Positions 7,210 to 17,438 of a stretch of 40,189 nucleotides of DNA are shown piece by piece (the stretch's first letter is position 1; every line of letters begins with the position of its first letter). The notes below the pieces were generated by a model. That model did no database searches. It saw only the letters and a list, made by a program, of their open reading frames with translations, and had not been told where the DNA came from. Source of the stretch: an uncultured Deferribacteres bacterium (GTDB lineage Bacteria; Zhuqueibacterota; Zhuqueibacteria; Zhuqueibacterales; Geothermadaptataceae). The translations under genes and the position numbers were made by a program. The stretch spans positions 1 through 40,189 of the forward strand of contig CAXHAT010000058.1 in the NCBI GenBank assembly GCA_964014485.1, in the 5' to 3' direction.

Positions 7210-10200
7210 GTGGTTTTTCCATCAAGCACAAGCGCTTTCAGGACGCTTTTTTTGTTTTTGAGTCTGGTCTGCGCAGACTTGGCGCAAGGAAGGCAAGGCC
7301 GGCCGCTGATCACCAATTACACATCTAAAGATTTTAACGCATTTCATCAAAACTGGATTAGCGTACAGGATCAGCGCGGCGTGATGTTTTTTGGCAACGG
7401 CAGCGGCGTTTTGGAATTCGACGGCGTTGACTGGCGCCTGACGCCTTTGCAAAACGGCAAAAAAGCATACTCGCTCACCGTAGATCGTGAAGGTCGCATT
7501 TTCGTCGGCTCTCTGCGCGAATTCGGATATCTGGCCGCGGACTCCGTTGGAATGTTCCGCTATGTTTCTTTGGTCGATAAGATCAGCGAAGCCGAAACGG
7601 GCGGGGTCGGCATGTGGGGCGCTTATTCTACAAGCCGGGGCGTTTATTTTACTCACAGATCGGGCGTCTATCGTTGGACGGGCGAAAGCCTTGTTCGCCT
7701 AAAACCGGAATCGCGAGCGCATCCGGGCTTTGTTGTCCGAGACACATTGTATATTCGCCAATGGGGACGCGGCCTGACGCGCGTCGAGGACGATTCCCTG
7801 CACTTGCTTCCCGGCGGTGAATTGTTCGCCGAGAAGCGCATCGTCGTGATGACGCCTTATAGTGACAGCCGCATCCTGGCTATCACCAACACAGAAGAAT
7901 TCTATATTTTTGACGGCGCATCCTTTCAGCCATTCATTGCTGAAGCGGCGACGCTTTTAGGCAAAAATCAGTTCTATTCGACGGGAACGACTTTGCCGAA
8001 CGGAAACTTCGCTCTCGCGGCGCATGATCTCGGCATTGTAATTATTGATCGTCAAGGAAAGCTCATTGCAAAAGTCGATAAACAAAACGGCCTGCTCAAT
8101 AACACCGTACGTCATCTATTCGTCGATTCTGACGGCGGTTTGTGGGCGGCCCTGGAAATCGGTCTGTCACGCATCGAAATTCCGTCGCCTTTCAAGTATT
8201 ATGATGAACAATCAGGGATAAACGGAAATGTCCTTGATATTGCCGGACGACAAAACACACTTTTTCTCGGAACGGGGACGGGCGTTGCTTTTTTTGACGA
8301 AGCGGAAGATAAATTTCGTCAGGTTCCCGGCATTGCGGGAAGCACAAGGAGACTTCTTTCTTTCCGATCGCCCCAGTCCGGCCAAACATTTCTTTTGGCG
8401 GCAAACAGGAACGGGGTCTATGAGATTGAGAACAAACTCGCCCGTAAAATTGCCATGCCCGTTTCCCGGGATAATTTTTCACACTCCCTGAAGCAATCCG
8501 CGCTTGATTCCAGCCTGGTGTTTATCGGTCTTGATAAAGGACTGGCGGCTCTGCGTCACAACGGCGAAAAATGGCTCGATCTCGGGAAGGTTTTTGACGT
8601 CGGCGCTGCAGTGCTCAATATTGCCGAGCCGCGAAAAGGCGAGCTATGGTTTGGCGTGCAAGAATCCCGGGTCGTGCGTCTGCGCTATTCGACGCAGGAT
8701 TCCGAAAGTAACTTGCGCGCGATTGATGTTGCGTATTTCAGCCCTGAGCACGGTCTTCCATACGGTAAAATTCTGGCATTTCAGGGCGCGGATAAACCTT
8801 GGTTCTTGACAAGAAGCGGGGCTTATGCCTTTGACGATTCTTCCCAATTCTTTTTCCGCGACAACACTTTTCCAGGCTTTTTCGAGAACGTTTCCGCCCG
8901 AACCAAAATCGCTGACAATTATATTCTTGAAGAAACGCAGGGCGGCGATATTTGGTTAGGCGACGGCACGGCTATCGGTATGGCGCGCCGCCAAGGCAAC
9001 GGCGTTTTTCAAATAGAAAAAACGCCGTACATGCGTTTTTCAGAATTCGCAGTGAATTCAATGTTCTCTGATGAAAATGAAATCGCGTGGTTTGGCGGTC
9101 TGGAGGGCGTCATTCGATATGACGGCAAAATTAAAGGGGACGACGCAACCCGCTTTTCGGCGCTGGTGCGGCGCGTATTTGTCAACGATGATTCTCTGAT
9201 ATTTGGCGGGAATTTTGGAGAAGACGAATCAAAAGCCCGCTCCGCAAAAAATATCTTGAACTACGAAGACCACAACGTGCTGTTTGAATGCGCAGCGACG
9301 ACCTATGAAGCGCCAAGCCATATTCAATACCAGTATTTTCTCGAAGGCTTTGAAAATCGATGGTCGCAATGGACAAAAGAATCAAAAAGAAATTATACCA
9401 ACTTGCCGGAAGGCGACTATCGTTTCCGCGTCCGCGCAAAAAACATTTATGCGCGGACAAGCAGCGAAGACGTATTTGTTTTCTCAATCCTCCCGCCATG
9501 GAGTCGCACCTGGTGGGCGTATGGGGTTTATATTCTTCTATTCGTAAGCGCTTTTTATGGCGTCCTGCGCTATGAAATGAGCCGACAGCGCTTCAAACAT
9601 AATGCGGAAATCGAACGCTTACAGGCCGAACAGCAGCAGCGCGAAGCGGAAAAACTGAAAGAATTGGATCGGATGAAGTCGCAGTTTTTTGCCAATATCT
9701 CGCACGAGTTCCGCACCCCGCTAACTTTGATTTTGGGCCCGGTCGAAAGTCTGCTGAATCGCTTCTCTGATAAAAAATCACAAGGCGAGTTGGGGATCAT
9801 GCAGCGTAACGCGGGGCGCCTGCTGCGCTTGATCAACCAATTGCTCGACCTTTCAAAATTGGAAGCCGGGAAAATGACATTGCGTGCCAGACGAATGGAT
9901 TTCCTCGCCTATTTGAAAGGCGTTGTGATGGCGTTTGAATCGTTGGCGTTGAGTAAGAGCATTACGTTACAAGTTCAGGCGAGGGAGAAACGGATAGAGC
10001 TTTATTTTGACCCCGACAAAATCGAGAAGATTTTTTCAAATTTGATCTCGAACGCCCTAAAGTTTACCCCGGAAGGCGGAAGAATTGTTGTTCAGTGTTT
10101 AGTGAATAGTCGTCAGTTTTCAGCGTCTGGTGATCGGCCTTTAGATGGTGTGCTAAATACCGAGCACTCTTTACTAATCACTGTTCGCGATAGTGGAGTT

Positions 10201-11310
10201 GGTATTTCTCCAGAACGCTTGCCGCATATTTTTGATCGTTTTTATCAGGTGGATGATTCCAACACGCGCGTTCATGAAGGAAGCGGCGTTGGCTTGGCGC
10301 TGGTGAAAGAGTTGGTGGATCTGCACAGCGGCGATATTTCCGTGCGAAGCGAACTGGGCGCGGGGACGACGTTTACGGTTCTTTTGCCGTTTGGAAAAGC
10401 GCATCTGAAGCCGGGGGAGATCATTGAAGAATCTTCCAATTCTCTGCCGTCAGCCGCCGATGTTGAGCTTTTAGCAAATGCTGATCGGCGCCCAAAACCA
10501 ACAAAGATCAAATCCGGGAGCCAAAAGCTAACAGCCAATAGCCAAGAGATCATTCTGCTCATCGAAGACAACCCCGACATGCGCGCGTTTATTCGGCGTC
10601 ATCTGGAGTCGGCTTATCAAATCATCGAAGCCTGCGACGGTGAAAAAGGCGTTGCGAAAGCAATTGAAAACGTCCCCGACCTGGTGATCAGCGATGTTAT
10701 GATGCCTAAGATGGACGGCTTCGAAGTGTGCGCAGCTTTGAAAAATGATGAGAGAACCAGCCACATCCCAGTGATTCTCTTGACGGCGAAAGCGGAGCAG
10801 GAAAACAAGATCGCCGGTCTTGAGATCGGGGCGGATGATTATTTGCTCAAACCGTTCAATGCAAAAGAGCTGCTCACGCGAGTTGGAAACTTGATTACTT
10901 TGCGGCGAAAGTTGCGAGAGCGCTTTGGCGGCGCAACGACACTGAAGCCGAGCGAAATTGCGCAGACCTCAAAAGATAGAGCGTTCCTCGAACGTGCATT
11001 GGACGTCGTGGAAAAAAATCTAACGAATGAAGAATTTGATGTGGAAACGCTCGCCGCTGAATTGACGATGAGCTATACGCAATTGCATCGTAAACTCAAA
11101 GCGCTTACCAATCAGAGCAGCAAGCAGTTCATTCTCTCCATCCGCCTGCAGCGCGCCGCCGATCTTTTGAAAAAGAACGCCGCGACTATAAGCGAAATCG
11201 CATACCAGACCGGTTTCGGCGATCCGAGTTATTTTACGCGACGTTTCAAAAAACATTTTGGCTGTTCACCATCGGTATACAGCCAAAAAGAAAAAGCTCG
11301 GCAACTATAA
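7210..11310 (+). CDS. Hybrid two-component sensor/regulator (beta-propeller sensor, Y_Y_Y, TM, HisKA, HATPase, REC, AraC HTH)
   Basis: 1366 aa; YTNLPEGDYRFRVRAKN, PPWSRTWW TM entry, FFANISHEFRTPLTLI, NLISNALKFT, DSGVGI, GSGVGL, DLVISDVMMPKMDG, GFGDPSYFTRRFKKHFG. Confidence 0.95.
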   Translation: MVFPSSTSAFRTLFLFLSLVCADLAQGRQGRPLITNYTSKDFNAFHQNWISVQDQRGVMFFGNGSGVLEFDGVDWRLTPLQNGKKAYSLTVDREGRIFVGSLREFGYLAADSVGMFRYVSLVDKISEAETGGVGMWGAYSTSRGVYFTHRSGVYRWTGESLVRLKPESRAHPGFVVRDTLYIRQWGRGLTRVEDDSLHLLPGGELFAEKRIVVMTPYSDSRILAITNTEEFYIFDGASFQPFIAEAATLLGKNQFYSTGTTLPNGNFALAAHDLGIVIIDRQGKLIAKVDKQNGLLNNTVRHLFVDSDGGLWAALEIGLSRIEIPSPFKYYDEQSGINGNVLDIAGRQNTLFLGTGTGVAFFDEAEDKFRQVPGIAGSTRRLLSFRSPQSGQTFLLAANRNGVYEIENKLARKIAMPVSRDNFSHSLKQSALDSSLVFIGLDKGLAALRHNGEKWLDLGKVFDVGAAVLNIAEPRKGELWFGVQESRVVRLRYSTQDSESNLRAIDVAYFSPEHGLPYGKILAFQGADKPWFLTRSGAYAFDDSSQFFFRDNTFPGFFENVSARTKIADNYILEETQGGDIWLGDGTAIGMARRQGNGVFQIEKTPYMRFSEFAVNSMFSDENEIAWFGGLEGVIRYDGKIKGDDATRFSALVRRVFVNDDSLIFGGNFGEDESKARSAKNILNYEDHNVLFECAATTYEAPSHIQYQYFLEGFENRWSQWTKESKRNYTNLPEGDYRFRVRAKNIYARTSSEDVFVFSILPPWSRTWWAYGVYILLFVSAFYGVLRYEMSRQRFKHNAEIERLQAEQQQREAEKLKELDRMKSQFFANISHEFRTPLTLILGPVESLLNRFSDKKSQGELGIMQRNAGRLLRLINQLLDLSKLEAGKMTLRARRMDFLAYLKGVVMAFESLALSKSITLQVQAREKRIELYFDPDKIEKIFSNLISNALKFTPEGGRIVVQCLVNSRQFSASGDRPLDGVLNTEHSLLITVRDSGVGISPERLPHIFDRFYQVDDSNTRVHEGSGVGLALVKELVDLHSGDISVRSELGAGTTFTVLLPFGKAHLKPGEIIEESSNSLPSAADVELLANADRRPKPTKIKSGSQKLTANSQEIILLIEDNPDMRAFIRRHLESAYQIIEACDGEKGVAKAIENVPDLVISDVMMPKMDGFEVCAALKNDERTSHIPVILLTAKAEQENKIAGLEIGADDYLLKPFNAKELLTRVGNLITLRRKLRERFGGATTLKPSEIAQTSKDRAFLERALDVVEKNLTNEEFDVETLAAELTMSYTQLHRKLKALTNQSSKQFILSIRLQRAADLLKKNAATISEIAYQTGFGDPSYFTRRFKKHFGCSPSVYSQKEKARQL
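10090..10186. repeat. In-frame inverted heptamer array inside the HATPase domain
   Basis: GTTCAGT GTTTAGT GAATAGT CGTCAGT TTTCAGC ... GCTAAAT ACCGAGC ACTCTTT ACTAATC ACTGTTC; encodes VQCLVNSRQFSA...LNTEHSLLITV. Confidence 0.75.
10519..10546. repeat. In-frame heptamer tandem in the HATPase-REC linker
   Basis: AGCCAAA AGCTAAC AGCCAAT AGCCAAG; encodes SQKLTANSQ. Confidence 0.7.
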
Positions 11311-11374
11311 CCATCCCCAACAATTCAGCCCAATGGGCGCTCTTCAAAGTTTAACGGACGATCCTTGATCCCAC

Positions 11375-13081
11375 TCAAGGTCGATCGATCAGAGTAATTC
11401 GACGAATAACGGTCGGGCTGATTAGCGAATTTGGCGTATTGTGCGGAACGACGTCGTTAATGTACAAAAACTTACCGGTTGGATCGGCGGCGAGATCGTT
11501 GGGCAACGAGAACGTCGCGTTCAGCGCTGCATCGTCTCGGCGACCGCGCTGTCCTGTTCCCGCCAGCAGCGAAACAGTCCCGTCGAGAGCAACGCGATAA
11601 ATCTGATTCGCGCTGCGCCCGACAACGTAAAATTCATCGTTCGCGTATGTGATGTGCCCGTTGTTGCCGCCGGTAATGCTTGCAAACAATGTCACCACAC
11701 GATTTGTATCCACTTTGATCACGCTGCCGTTGCCAAAATTTGCAACGTAGAGATTGCCGAGCGTATCGATGGCGACGCCGTTCGGACAATTAAACAGAAC
11801 GCTCGACGCATACGGCGTGGAAACGCCTTCCGGCGTCACCTTGCGGATGGTGTTGTTGCCGCAATTGGCGACGTAGAGATTGTCTTCTCGGTCGAAGATC
11901 AGGCCGACCGGATTTACAATGCCTTGCGTCACAAAAGTCGAGACCGCGCCGTCCGTCGAAACGCGACTGATGCTGTTCCCGGCAATGTTTGACTGAAAAA
12001 ACTCACCTTTTGAATTAATGGCGTTGCCTGAGGCGCCGTTAAAACCGGCGGCAAACACGCTCACATCACCGTCCGGCGTAATTTTCCAGACTTTGTCGCC
12101 AGGAGTCCCGCCGAGCGAAACGCCGAAATCGGCAGTGTAAACATTGCCGTCCGCATCGACGCACATTCCGCCTGAACCAGCCGGAATTTCTCCGGTAATC
12201 GTATGCACCAGATTTGTGGTCTCTAACCTGAACTCGCCCGAAGGTGCGGACAGAGCATTGCGAATCGCGATCACGCCGTCGGCGACGGAGAGCACGAAAA
12301 CGCGATATTTTGCGTCGCCGGTTATTGGCGCGCCGTCCACGTCCTTTAACTCCGGGGGGAAACGATGCTGAATTGCCTTGCCCGTTTTCGCAACCGGCGC
12401 ATAATTCCCCAACGTCACTGCATCAGCCGCAGCGAGATTGAAAGCTCCCGCTCTTTCAGAAAGCGTTAGCATCACGCGATACTCTGAAATTTTATCTTCC
12501 TGTGCAGCGGCGTCAAACGAAATGCTTAAATCACTGGCGTCGCCGCTATTTTCGATGTCAGCCACGTCGAGATTCGCAGCCGCGACGGCGGTTGAACTGA
12601 GCGTTATGATTTGCGATGCAGCCGAAAGCGCGTTGACGCTTGCGACGGTTCCGTCCGCGACGCTGAGGACGAAAACGCGATAAGCGGTTTCTTCCGTGAT
12701 TGTTTCACCGTCCTTGTCCTTCGCATTTGCGGGCAGCGTCGAACTAAGGTCAACGCCGGTTTTTGCGATGGCGGTATAATTGTCCGACGTCAACGCGTTG
12801 GCCGTTTCCAGTGTAAAGCCGCTCAAATCTTCCGATTTGATCACGATGACGCGATATTCTTTCACGCCGCTTTCGTCAGCCGCTTTACTGAACGCAACTT
12901 GCAAGTCCTGACCGTTGCCGCTATTGCCCGTATCCGCAGCAGAAAGGTTGGTGATTTTTCCGGCTGTCACTTCATTGCCGCCTGGGTCCGAAATATTATC
13001 GCCGCCGCAACGGATGTGGGCAAAAAACAATAACGCCAAGAGCGCAGCCGTCGTCAGACGTTTTCGGTAAATTTGTGTCAT
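11375..13081 (-). CDS. Probable lipoprotein: two copies of a ~120-aa FnIII/Ig-like domain plus NHL/SMP-30-type beta-propeller
   Basis: ATG at 13081 with AGGA RBS preferred over the ORF-track TTG; hydrophobic leader ending HIR-C; NHL-like NPVGLIFDREDNLYVAN and CPNGVAIDTLGNLYVAN. Confidence 0.85.
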   Translation of the reverse strand: MTQIYRKRLTTAALLALLFFAHIRCGGDNISDPGGNEVTAGKITNLSAADTGNSGNGQDLQVAFSKAADESGVKEYRVIVIKSEDLSGFTLETANALTSDNYTAIAKTGVDLSSTLPANAKDKDGETITEETAYRVFVLSVADGTVASVNALSAASQIITLSSTAVAAANLDVADIENSGDASDLSISFDAAAQEDKISEYRVMLTLSERAGAFNLAAADAVTLGNYAPVAKTGKAIQHRFPPELKDVDGAPITGDAKYRVFVLSVADGVIAIRNALSAPSGEFRLETTNLVHTITGEIPAGSGGMCVDADGNVYTADFGVSLGGTPGDKVWKITPDGDVSVFAAGFNGASGNAINSKGEFFQSNIAGNSISRVSTDGAVSTFVTQGIVNPVGLIFDREDNLYVANCGNNTIRKVTPEGVSTPYASSVLFNCPNGVAIDTLGNLYVANFGNGSVIKVDTNRVVTLFASITGGNNGHITYANDEFYVVGRSANQIYRVALDGTVSLLAGTGQRGRRDDAALNATFSLPNDLAADPTGKFLYINDVVPHNTPNSLISPTVIRRITLIDRP

Positions 13082-13123
13082 GAGTTTTTCCTGAGTAATC
13101 AATGAAATAGAATTTCTGCTATT

Positions 13124-13312
13124 CTATTTTCGCCTTCTGATCAGCAGCGCCGCATTCAGCAGGAAGCCGAGCCCCGCGACTATCTCAAGAGCGATCACGA
13201 ACCCGGATTTTTCCGTTGTGGTCAGAAAAACCAGGTCATACACGCCCACGAACAGCATGAGAATCCCGGCGACAATTGTCAGTATCAAAAATTGTTTTCC
13301 TTGATGATTCAT
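13124..13312 (-). CDS. Small two-TM membrane protein
   Basis: 62 aa, GGGAG RBS, two hydrophobic helices, basic C-terminus, co-oriented within the operon. Confidence 0.7.
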   Translation of the reverse strand: MNHQGKQFLILTIVAGILMLFVGVYDLVFLTTTEKSGFVIALEIVAGLGFLLNAALLIRRRK

Positions 13313-13378
13313 TGGTCTCCCTTGTTTGTAGATGCGCCGTACACTGAAAAGGCGATCGACCGAAGCCCAATTCCTTCG

Positions 13379-14962
13379 TCAGAACCGCTTGAATTCCAGC
13401 GGCATAGTGAACACAATGGCGTTATCGTATAACTGCGTCACCTGCGCCGTTTCCGCCTGTACATTTTGCGCGCGAAAATGCAAGCCGATCACGTGTTTAG
13501 GGTTGATGTGGTTCATGATAACGTCACGATTTGCAGCGCTGATCAGCGTGTTGAAAGTGGGGAGAAAAACAACGTCAATCTCTTCATCTTTCAAGTTGAA
13601 ATTTTCGAAGTTCGCGTCGGAATATTGAACGTCGCCAAGATGGAGCAATTTCTTGCCGCCGAGTTGAACGAGATAACCAAAATTTTCAACGCTGGAGAAG
13701 TCGTTGCCAAATTGATTGAAATGGCGCAAGTGCAGCACCGAAAGCTCTATGCCGTTGACCGTCGTATCGACGCGCGTGCGAAAGGCCGGGTTGACTTCCC
13801 AAATCTGACTGGCGCCGCTCAAGACTTGCGGCGGGGCGATGTAGGCGGCGTTTGGATTGGCGTTAAAAAATGCGCGCACCGATTGCGGATTGAAATGATC
13901 GCCGTGGTTGTGCGTCGTCATCGCCAATTCAATCCGCCCGTAAGGCTGCTGTGCGTTTTCGATTTTCGTCGTTTCGGCGCCGGAGAGCACAATCCAGAAT
14001 GTGTTGGTGCGATGCAAACCGTCGATGATAATTTGCAGGCCGGAACTATCGGCCAAAAGCACGCCGTTATTGCCGAGATAAGTCACCTTGACCGTGGTAA
14101 AGGCCAGTGTAATTTCCACCGACGGCTCGGCAAGCCGGTTCGTGTCCGTGATGACGCCGTCGGCAATGCTGAGCACGAAAATCCGGTAAGACACGTTTTC
14201 ACGAACTGGGGCGCCGTCACTGTCCAGTGCGTCCGTCGCCAAAACCGTCTCAAGATCGCCGCCGGTTTTGGCGACGACGGTAAAATTGCCGTCCGCCAAG
14301 GCGTTGGCTTTTTCCAGACTAAAATCAGCGGCGGCTCCGGCCTTGACCACGATAATGCGGTACGCCTCCACCCTGTCTTCGTTCTCCGCACGCTGAAACG
14401 CAACGTGCAAATCTTCGCCATCGCCTTTATTGGTGACGTCATCGACAAAGAGCTCGGAAACGGCGTCGGTTACGGAAATGAGCGTGATTTCCAGAGAAGC
14501 GGCGGACAACGCGTTGGTTGTCGCATTGACGCCGTCCGCCACCGACAAAACGAAAACGCGGTAAGGCGTTTCGTTGACGATGGGATCGCCGTCGCGGTCT
14601 CGTGCGCCGGCGGGCAGCGTCAGTGTGATGTCTTGCCCGGTTTTTGGGGCGGCGGTGTAATTAGCCGCGGGCAATGCTTCCGCTGCGCTCAGATTAAAAG
14701 ATGAGAAGTTGGAAGTTTTTGAAACGATGACGCGATACGAACCGACGCCGCTCTCGTCCGCCGCTTTTGAGAACGAGATTTGCAAATCCTGCCCGTCACG
14801 TAAATTACCGACGTCTGCCACCGCCAGGTTTGACACGGCCGGCGCCGCGACCTCCGTTGGAATTGTGGGAGATGAATTATTGCAATTTGAAATAAAAAAA
14901 AGCGCATTTGCGAGCAGAAAAAGCGTTGCAATTTTTGCGTACCTGAATTGTTTTGAATGCAT
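13379..14962 (-). CDS. Probable lipoprotein: two copies of the same ~120-aa domain plus MBL-fold metallo-hydrolase
   Basis: Start MHSKQF at 14962 with GAGG/GGAG RBS (the longer ORF runs into a MITE); leader ending ISN-C; THNHGDH (HxHxDH), HLGD and GLH motifs. Confidence 0.88.
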   Translation of the reverse strand: MHSKQFRYAKIATLFLLANALFFISNCNNSSPTIPTEVAAPAVSNLAVADVGNLRDGQDLQISFSKAADESGVGSYRVIVSKTSNFSSFNLSAAEALPAANYTAAPKTGQDITLTLPAGARDRDGDPIVNETPYRVFVLSVADGVNATTNALSAASLEITLISVTDAVSELFVDDVTNKGDGEDLHVAFQRAENEDRVEAYRIIVVKAGAAADFSLEKANALADGNFTVVAKTGGDLETVLATDALDSDGAPVRENVSYRIFVLSIADGVITDTNRLAEPSVEITLAFTTVKVTYLGNNGVLLADSSGLQIIIDGLHRTNTFWIVLSGAETTKIENAQQPYGRIELAMTTHNHGDHFNPQSVRAFFNANPNAAYIAPPQVLSGASQIWEVNPAFRTRVDTTVNGIELSVLHLRHFNQFGNDFSSVENFGYLVQLGGKKLLHLGDVQYSDANFENFNLKDEEIDVVFLPTFNTLISAANRDVIMNHINPKHVIGLHFRAQNVQAETAQVTQLYDNAIVFTMPLEFKRF

Positions 14963-14999
14963 TGCTCCAACCTCATGTTTTTTGTCTTTTATCTTGAAT

Positions 15000-15232
15000 C
15001 TGATGTTACGCGCTTGCCAATAATGCATGCTGTAGATTGGTTTTCAGCCAAATCGAATATTGCAATTGGGAATGAAGCTTTCTGACCCTAAAGCGTTTTT
15101 CAAGTTCATTCCTGCGGAGGCGGGAATCCAGAAAATAATGCACTGCCTCTGGATTCCTGCCTCCGCAGGAATGACTCGTAGAGCAAAGCTTTTGGTCAAA
15201 TGCCATATCATTGGTTAGCCGCGTAACATCAG
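15000..15232. mobile_element. MITE-like element, 13-bp TIRs, 6-bp target duplication, internal dRS3/REP-like palindrome
   Basis: TTGAAT|CTGATGTTACGCG...CGCGTAACATCAG|TTGAAT; internal TCATTCCTGCGGAGGCGGGAATCCAGA / TCTGGATTCCTGCCTCCGCAGGAATGA (15106-15174). Confidence 0.85.
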
Positions 15233-15261
15233 TTGAATTTTTTCTTGGCGACGAACTGGCG

Positions 15262-17208
15262 TCATTTGGTGAAAACCATTTTCTTGCTCAGGACGAACTC
15301 TTCCCCTCCCGCTTTCCGCTCCGAAACCCGCAGCCGATAAACATAAACGCCGCTTGGAACGCGACCGCCGGAATCGCTGCGCCCGTCCCAAACGAGTCTG
15401 TGCTCACCTGCATCATTCTGAACATTTGACGCCAAAGTTCGAATCGTGCGCCCCGCGAGATCGAAAACGGCGATGCTGACAAGAGCCTGACCGCCGAGGG
15501 TGTAGCGAATCGTGGTTTTGGGATTAAAAGGATTCGGATAGTTCTGCGCCAGCGAGAATCCGCCCGGCGTGAGGAGACCTGGCTCATCGACCGAGGTGGT
15601 CGCGTCTTCCGTCACAAGCAAAGTCTGGTCGGCTGCGACGGCGCTTCTGATTTCCGATAACCCGGAAGGCCAATCGATGATGAGCGAATCGACCGTTTCG
15701 GCGTCGCCGAGGCCGAAATGCACCTCCAGACTATTTTGCCCGTTGAAGGTGTTCTGCGCCGAAATTTCGCGCATTTGCCAAACTTCCGCGCCGCCAATTT
15801 GCGCCAGCAGGCGAAAACGCGCCCCAATCGCCGATGCGTTCGAAACGGTTCCAACCGCCTTGATTTTGAGCCAATGATTGCCGTTCTCGAGATCGTTGCG
15901 ATAGAGAAAGTTTGGCCTGCCGCCCTGGTTAGAGATCACATTGGCGACGAAAAGATCGAGATCGCCGTCATCGTCATAATCCCCGGCGGTCGCGCCCCAG
16001 CTTTCGTCGGCGTCGGTTGCGAGTACGCCGGACGAAGGACGCGTAAACGTTCCATCCCCGTTGTTTCGGTAAAATTGATTAGGTTGGGTGCGCGCCGCGT
16101 TGGTGACAAACACGTCAAGATCGCCGTCATTATCAAAATCGCCCCAAACATTGCCGAGGGAACGGCCGCCGTCGGTCGTCAGCGGTGCTGAGCTCGCCTT
16201 GGTGTATTCGCCGTCATCGTTGCGATATAAATTGTTCGGCATCCCGCTCGGTCTGCCGCCCCACCAATTCGTTAAAAATGCGTCGAGATCGCCGTCGTTG
16301 TCATAGTCGATCCAGTTCCAAACCTGGCCGTCCACGCGATCCGTCGCAATGGGACGCGTGGTCATTTTTTTGAGCCGCGCCGCGCCTTCTTCCGAAAACA
16401 TGTTTTGAAACAAAAAATCAGGAGCGGTGACGCCGTTTGCCGGGCCGCTGCCAATAAACAAATCGAGATCGCCGTCCAGATCGAAATCCGACCAAGTCGC
16501 GACGGTATAGGGCGCGAGTCCTTGCGTCGCGGGCGAATCGGTGATGCGCGCAAAACTGCCGTCGCCCTTATTTCTAAAAAAATAGTTGGCCACGGGCGTT
16601 CCCGAGATGAAGCCGTTCGGGTGGGTCACGAAAAGATCGACGAAACCGTCCTCATCATAGTCGGCCCAAGTGCAGGCCCAACCGTTGATGACGCTCACGC
16701 CAAAAGCGGAGAACGTTGTGATTGTGCTGAACGCGCCGTTGCTGTCATTGCGCAGCAATTGTGAAGGCGAGCCGGCCAGGAAACAATCGAGGTCTCCGTC
16801 ATTATCGTAATCCGCCCAACTATTGCCGAACGAAAATCGCGTAACCAACGCTCCGGAAAGAATGCGTGTGAAAGAGCCGCCGTCGTTGTTGCGATAAAGA
16901 TAGTTCAGATTGACGCTGCGGTTGCTGACAAAAAGATCGAGATCGCCGTCGGCGTCATAGTCCACCCAAGACGCGCCGGATGAGTTGCCAACGTTGGAAG
17001 CAACAGCGCCGGTTGTCACTCGGACGAAGTTTTGAGAACTGAGAATTTCCGGGAAGACGAGCGCGAGAAAAGAAGCGATTAACAGAAATTTGAAATTGAA
17101 TGAGCGCAAAGCACTCAAGTAAAAGTGGAAACGTTTTTTTCGCGGCAGGAAAACCGCGGAAAACAGGAAGGGCAGAAAATTCTGCTGAAAAATGTCATTG
17201 ATCCGCAT
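15262..17208 (-). CDS. Secreted FG-GAP/VCBS-repeat protein with ASPIC/UnbV domain and FlgD/T9SS-type C-terminal domain (CRTAC1-like)
   Basis: Seven W-x-D-[YF]-DxDGxxD-type repeats; SAIGAR...QNSLEVHFGLG..VDSLIIDWPSG; QNYPNPFNP C-terminal domain. ATG 17208 has a GAGGA RBS but the start is uncertain. Confidence 0.9.
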   Translation of the reverse strand: MRINDIFQQNFLPFLFSAVFLPRKKRFHFYLSALRSFNFKFLLIASFLALVFPEILSSQNFVRVTTGAVASNVGNSSGASWVDYDADGDLDLFVSNRSVNLNYLYRNNDGGSFTRILSGALVTRFSFGNSWADYDNDGDLDCFLAGSPSQLLRNDSNGAFSTITTFSAFGVSVINGWACTWADYDEDGFVDLFVTHPNGFISGTPVANYFFRNKGDGSFARITDSPATQGLAPYTVATWSDFDLDGDLDLFIGSGPANGVTAPDFLFQNMFSEEGAARLKKMTTRPIATDRVDGQVWNWIDYDNDGDLDAFLTNWWGGRPSGMPNNLYRNDDGEYTKASSAPLTTDGGRSLGNVWGDFDNDGDLDVFVTNAARTQPNQFYRNNGDGTFTRPSSGVLATDADESWGATAGDYDDDGDLDLFVANVISNQGGRPNFLYRNDLENGNHWLKIKAVGTVSNASAIGARFRLLAQIGGAEVWQMREISAQNTFNGQNSLEVHFGLGDAETVDSLIIDWPSGLSEIRSAVAADQTLLVTEDATTSVDEPGLLTPGGFSLAQNYPNPFNPKTTIRYTLGGQALVSIAVFDLAGRTIRTLASNVQNDAGEHRLVWDGRSDSGGRVPSGVYVYRLRVSERKAGGEEFVLSKKMVFTK

Positions 17209-17438
17209 CGGTTCGTCCTCTTTTTGGGGTTCGGACGAACATAACAAAACAACTGTTTTCGAGGCTAACAGCTATACTTCAAAATCTAACACATATTCTC
17301 CATTCCGGGATTTTGGGCTTAGTTTAAAAGCGCTGAACAACATGTCGTAGGGGTTCCAGATTTTGACCCCCTACATTTGGCACGCCTTTCGTCCAGAGAC
17401 TATGTTTTTGAATAGCCCCTTGAAATCGCTGAAGCGTT

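Noticed and set aside
5876..7261. Short ORFs in this intergenic region and at 22841..23128 and 26976..27158
   Set aside because: They translate repeat or MITE DNA and lack RBS and protein-like composition.
13379..14090. Antibiotic-resistance metallo-beta-lactamase
   Set aside because: Only the generic HxHxDH MBL-fold motif is evident; substrate cannot be inferred.
14963..15028. ORF-track N-terminal extensions here and at 35327-35386, 34272-34328 and 31073-31108
   Set aside because: They run through MITE or repeat DNA or the upstream gene; downstream ATGs have RBS motifs and proper leader sequences.
17378..17392. Sigma54 promoters at 17378 (TGGCACGCCTTTCGT) and 26883 (TGGCACAAAATGAAT)
   Set aside because: The -12 element is absent; the first also points antisense to the local genes.
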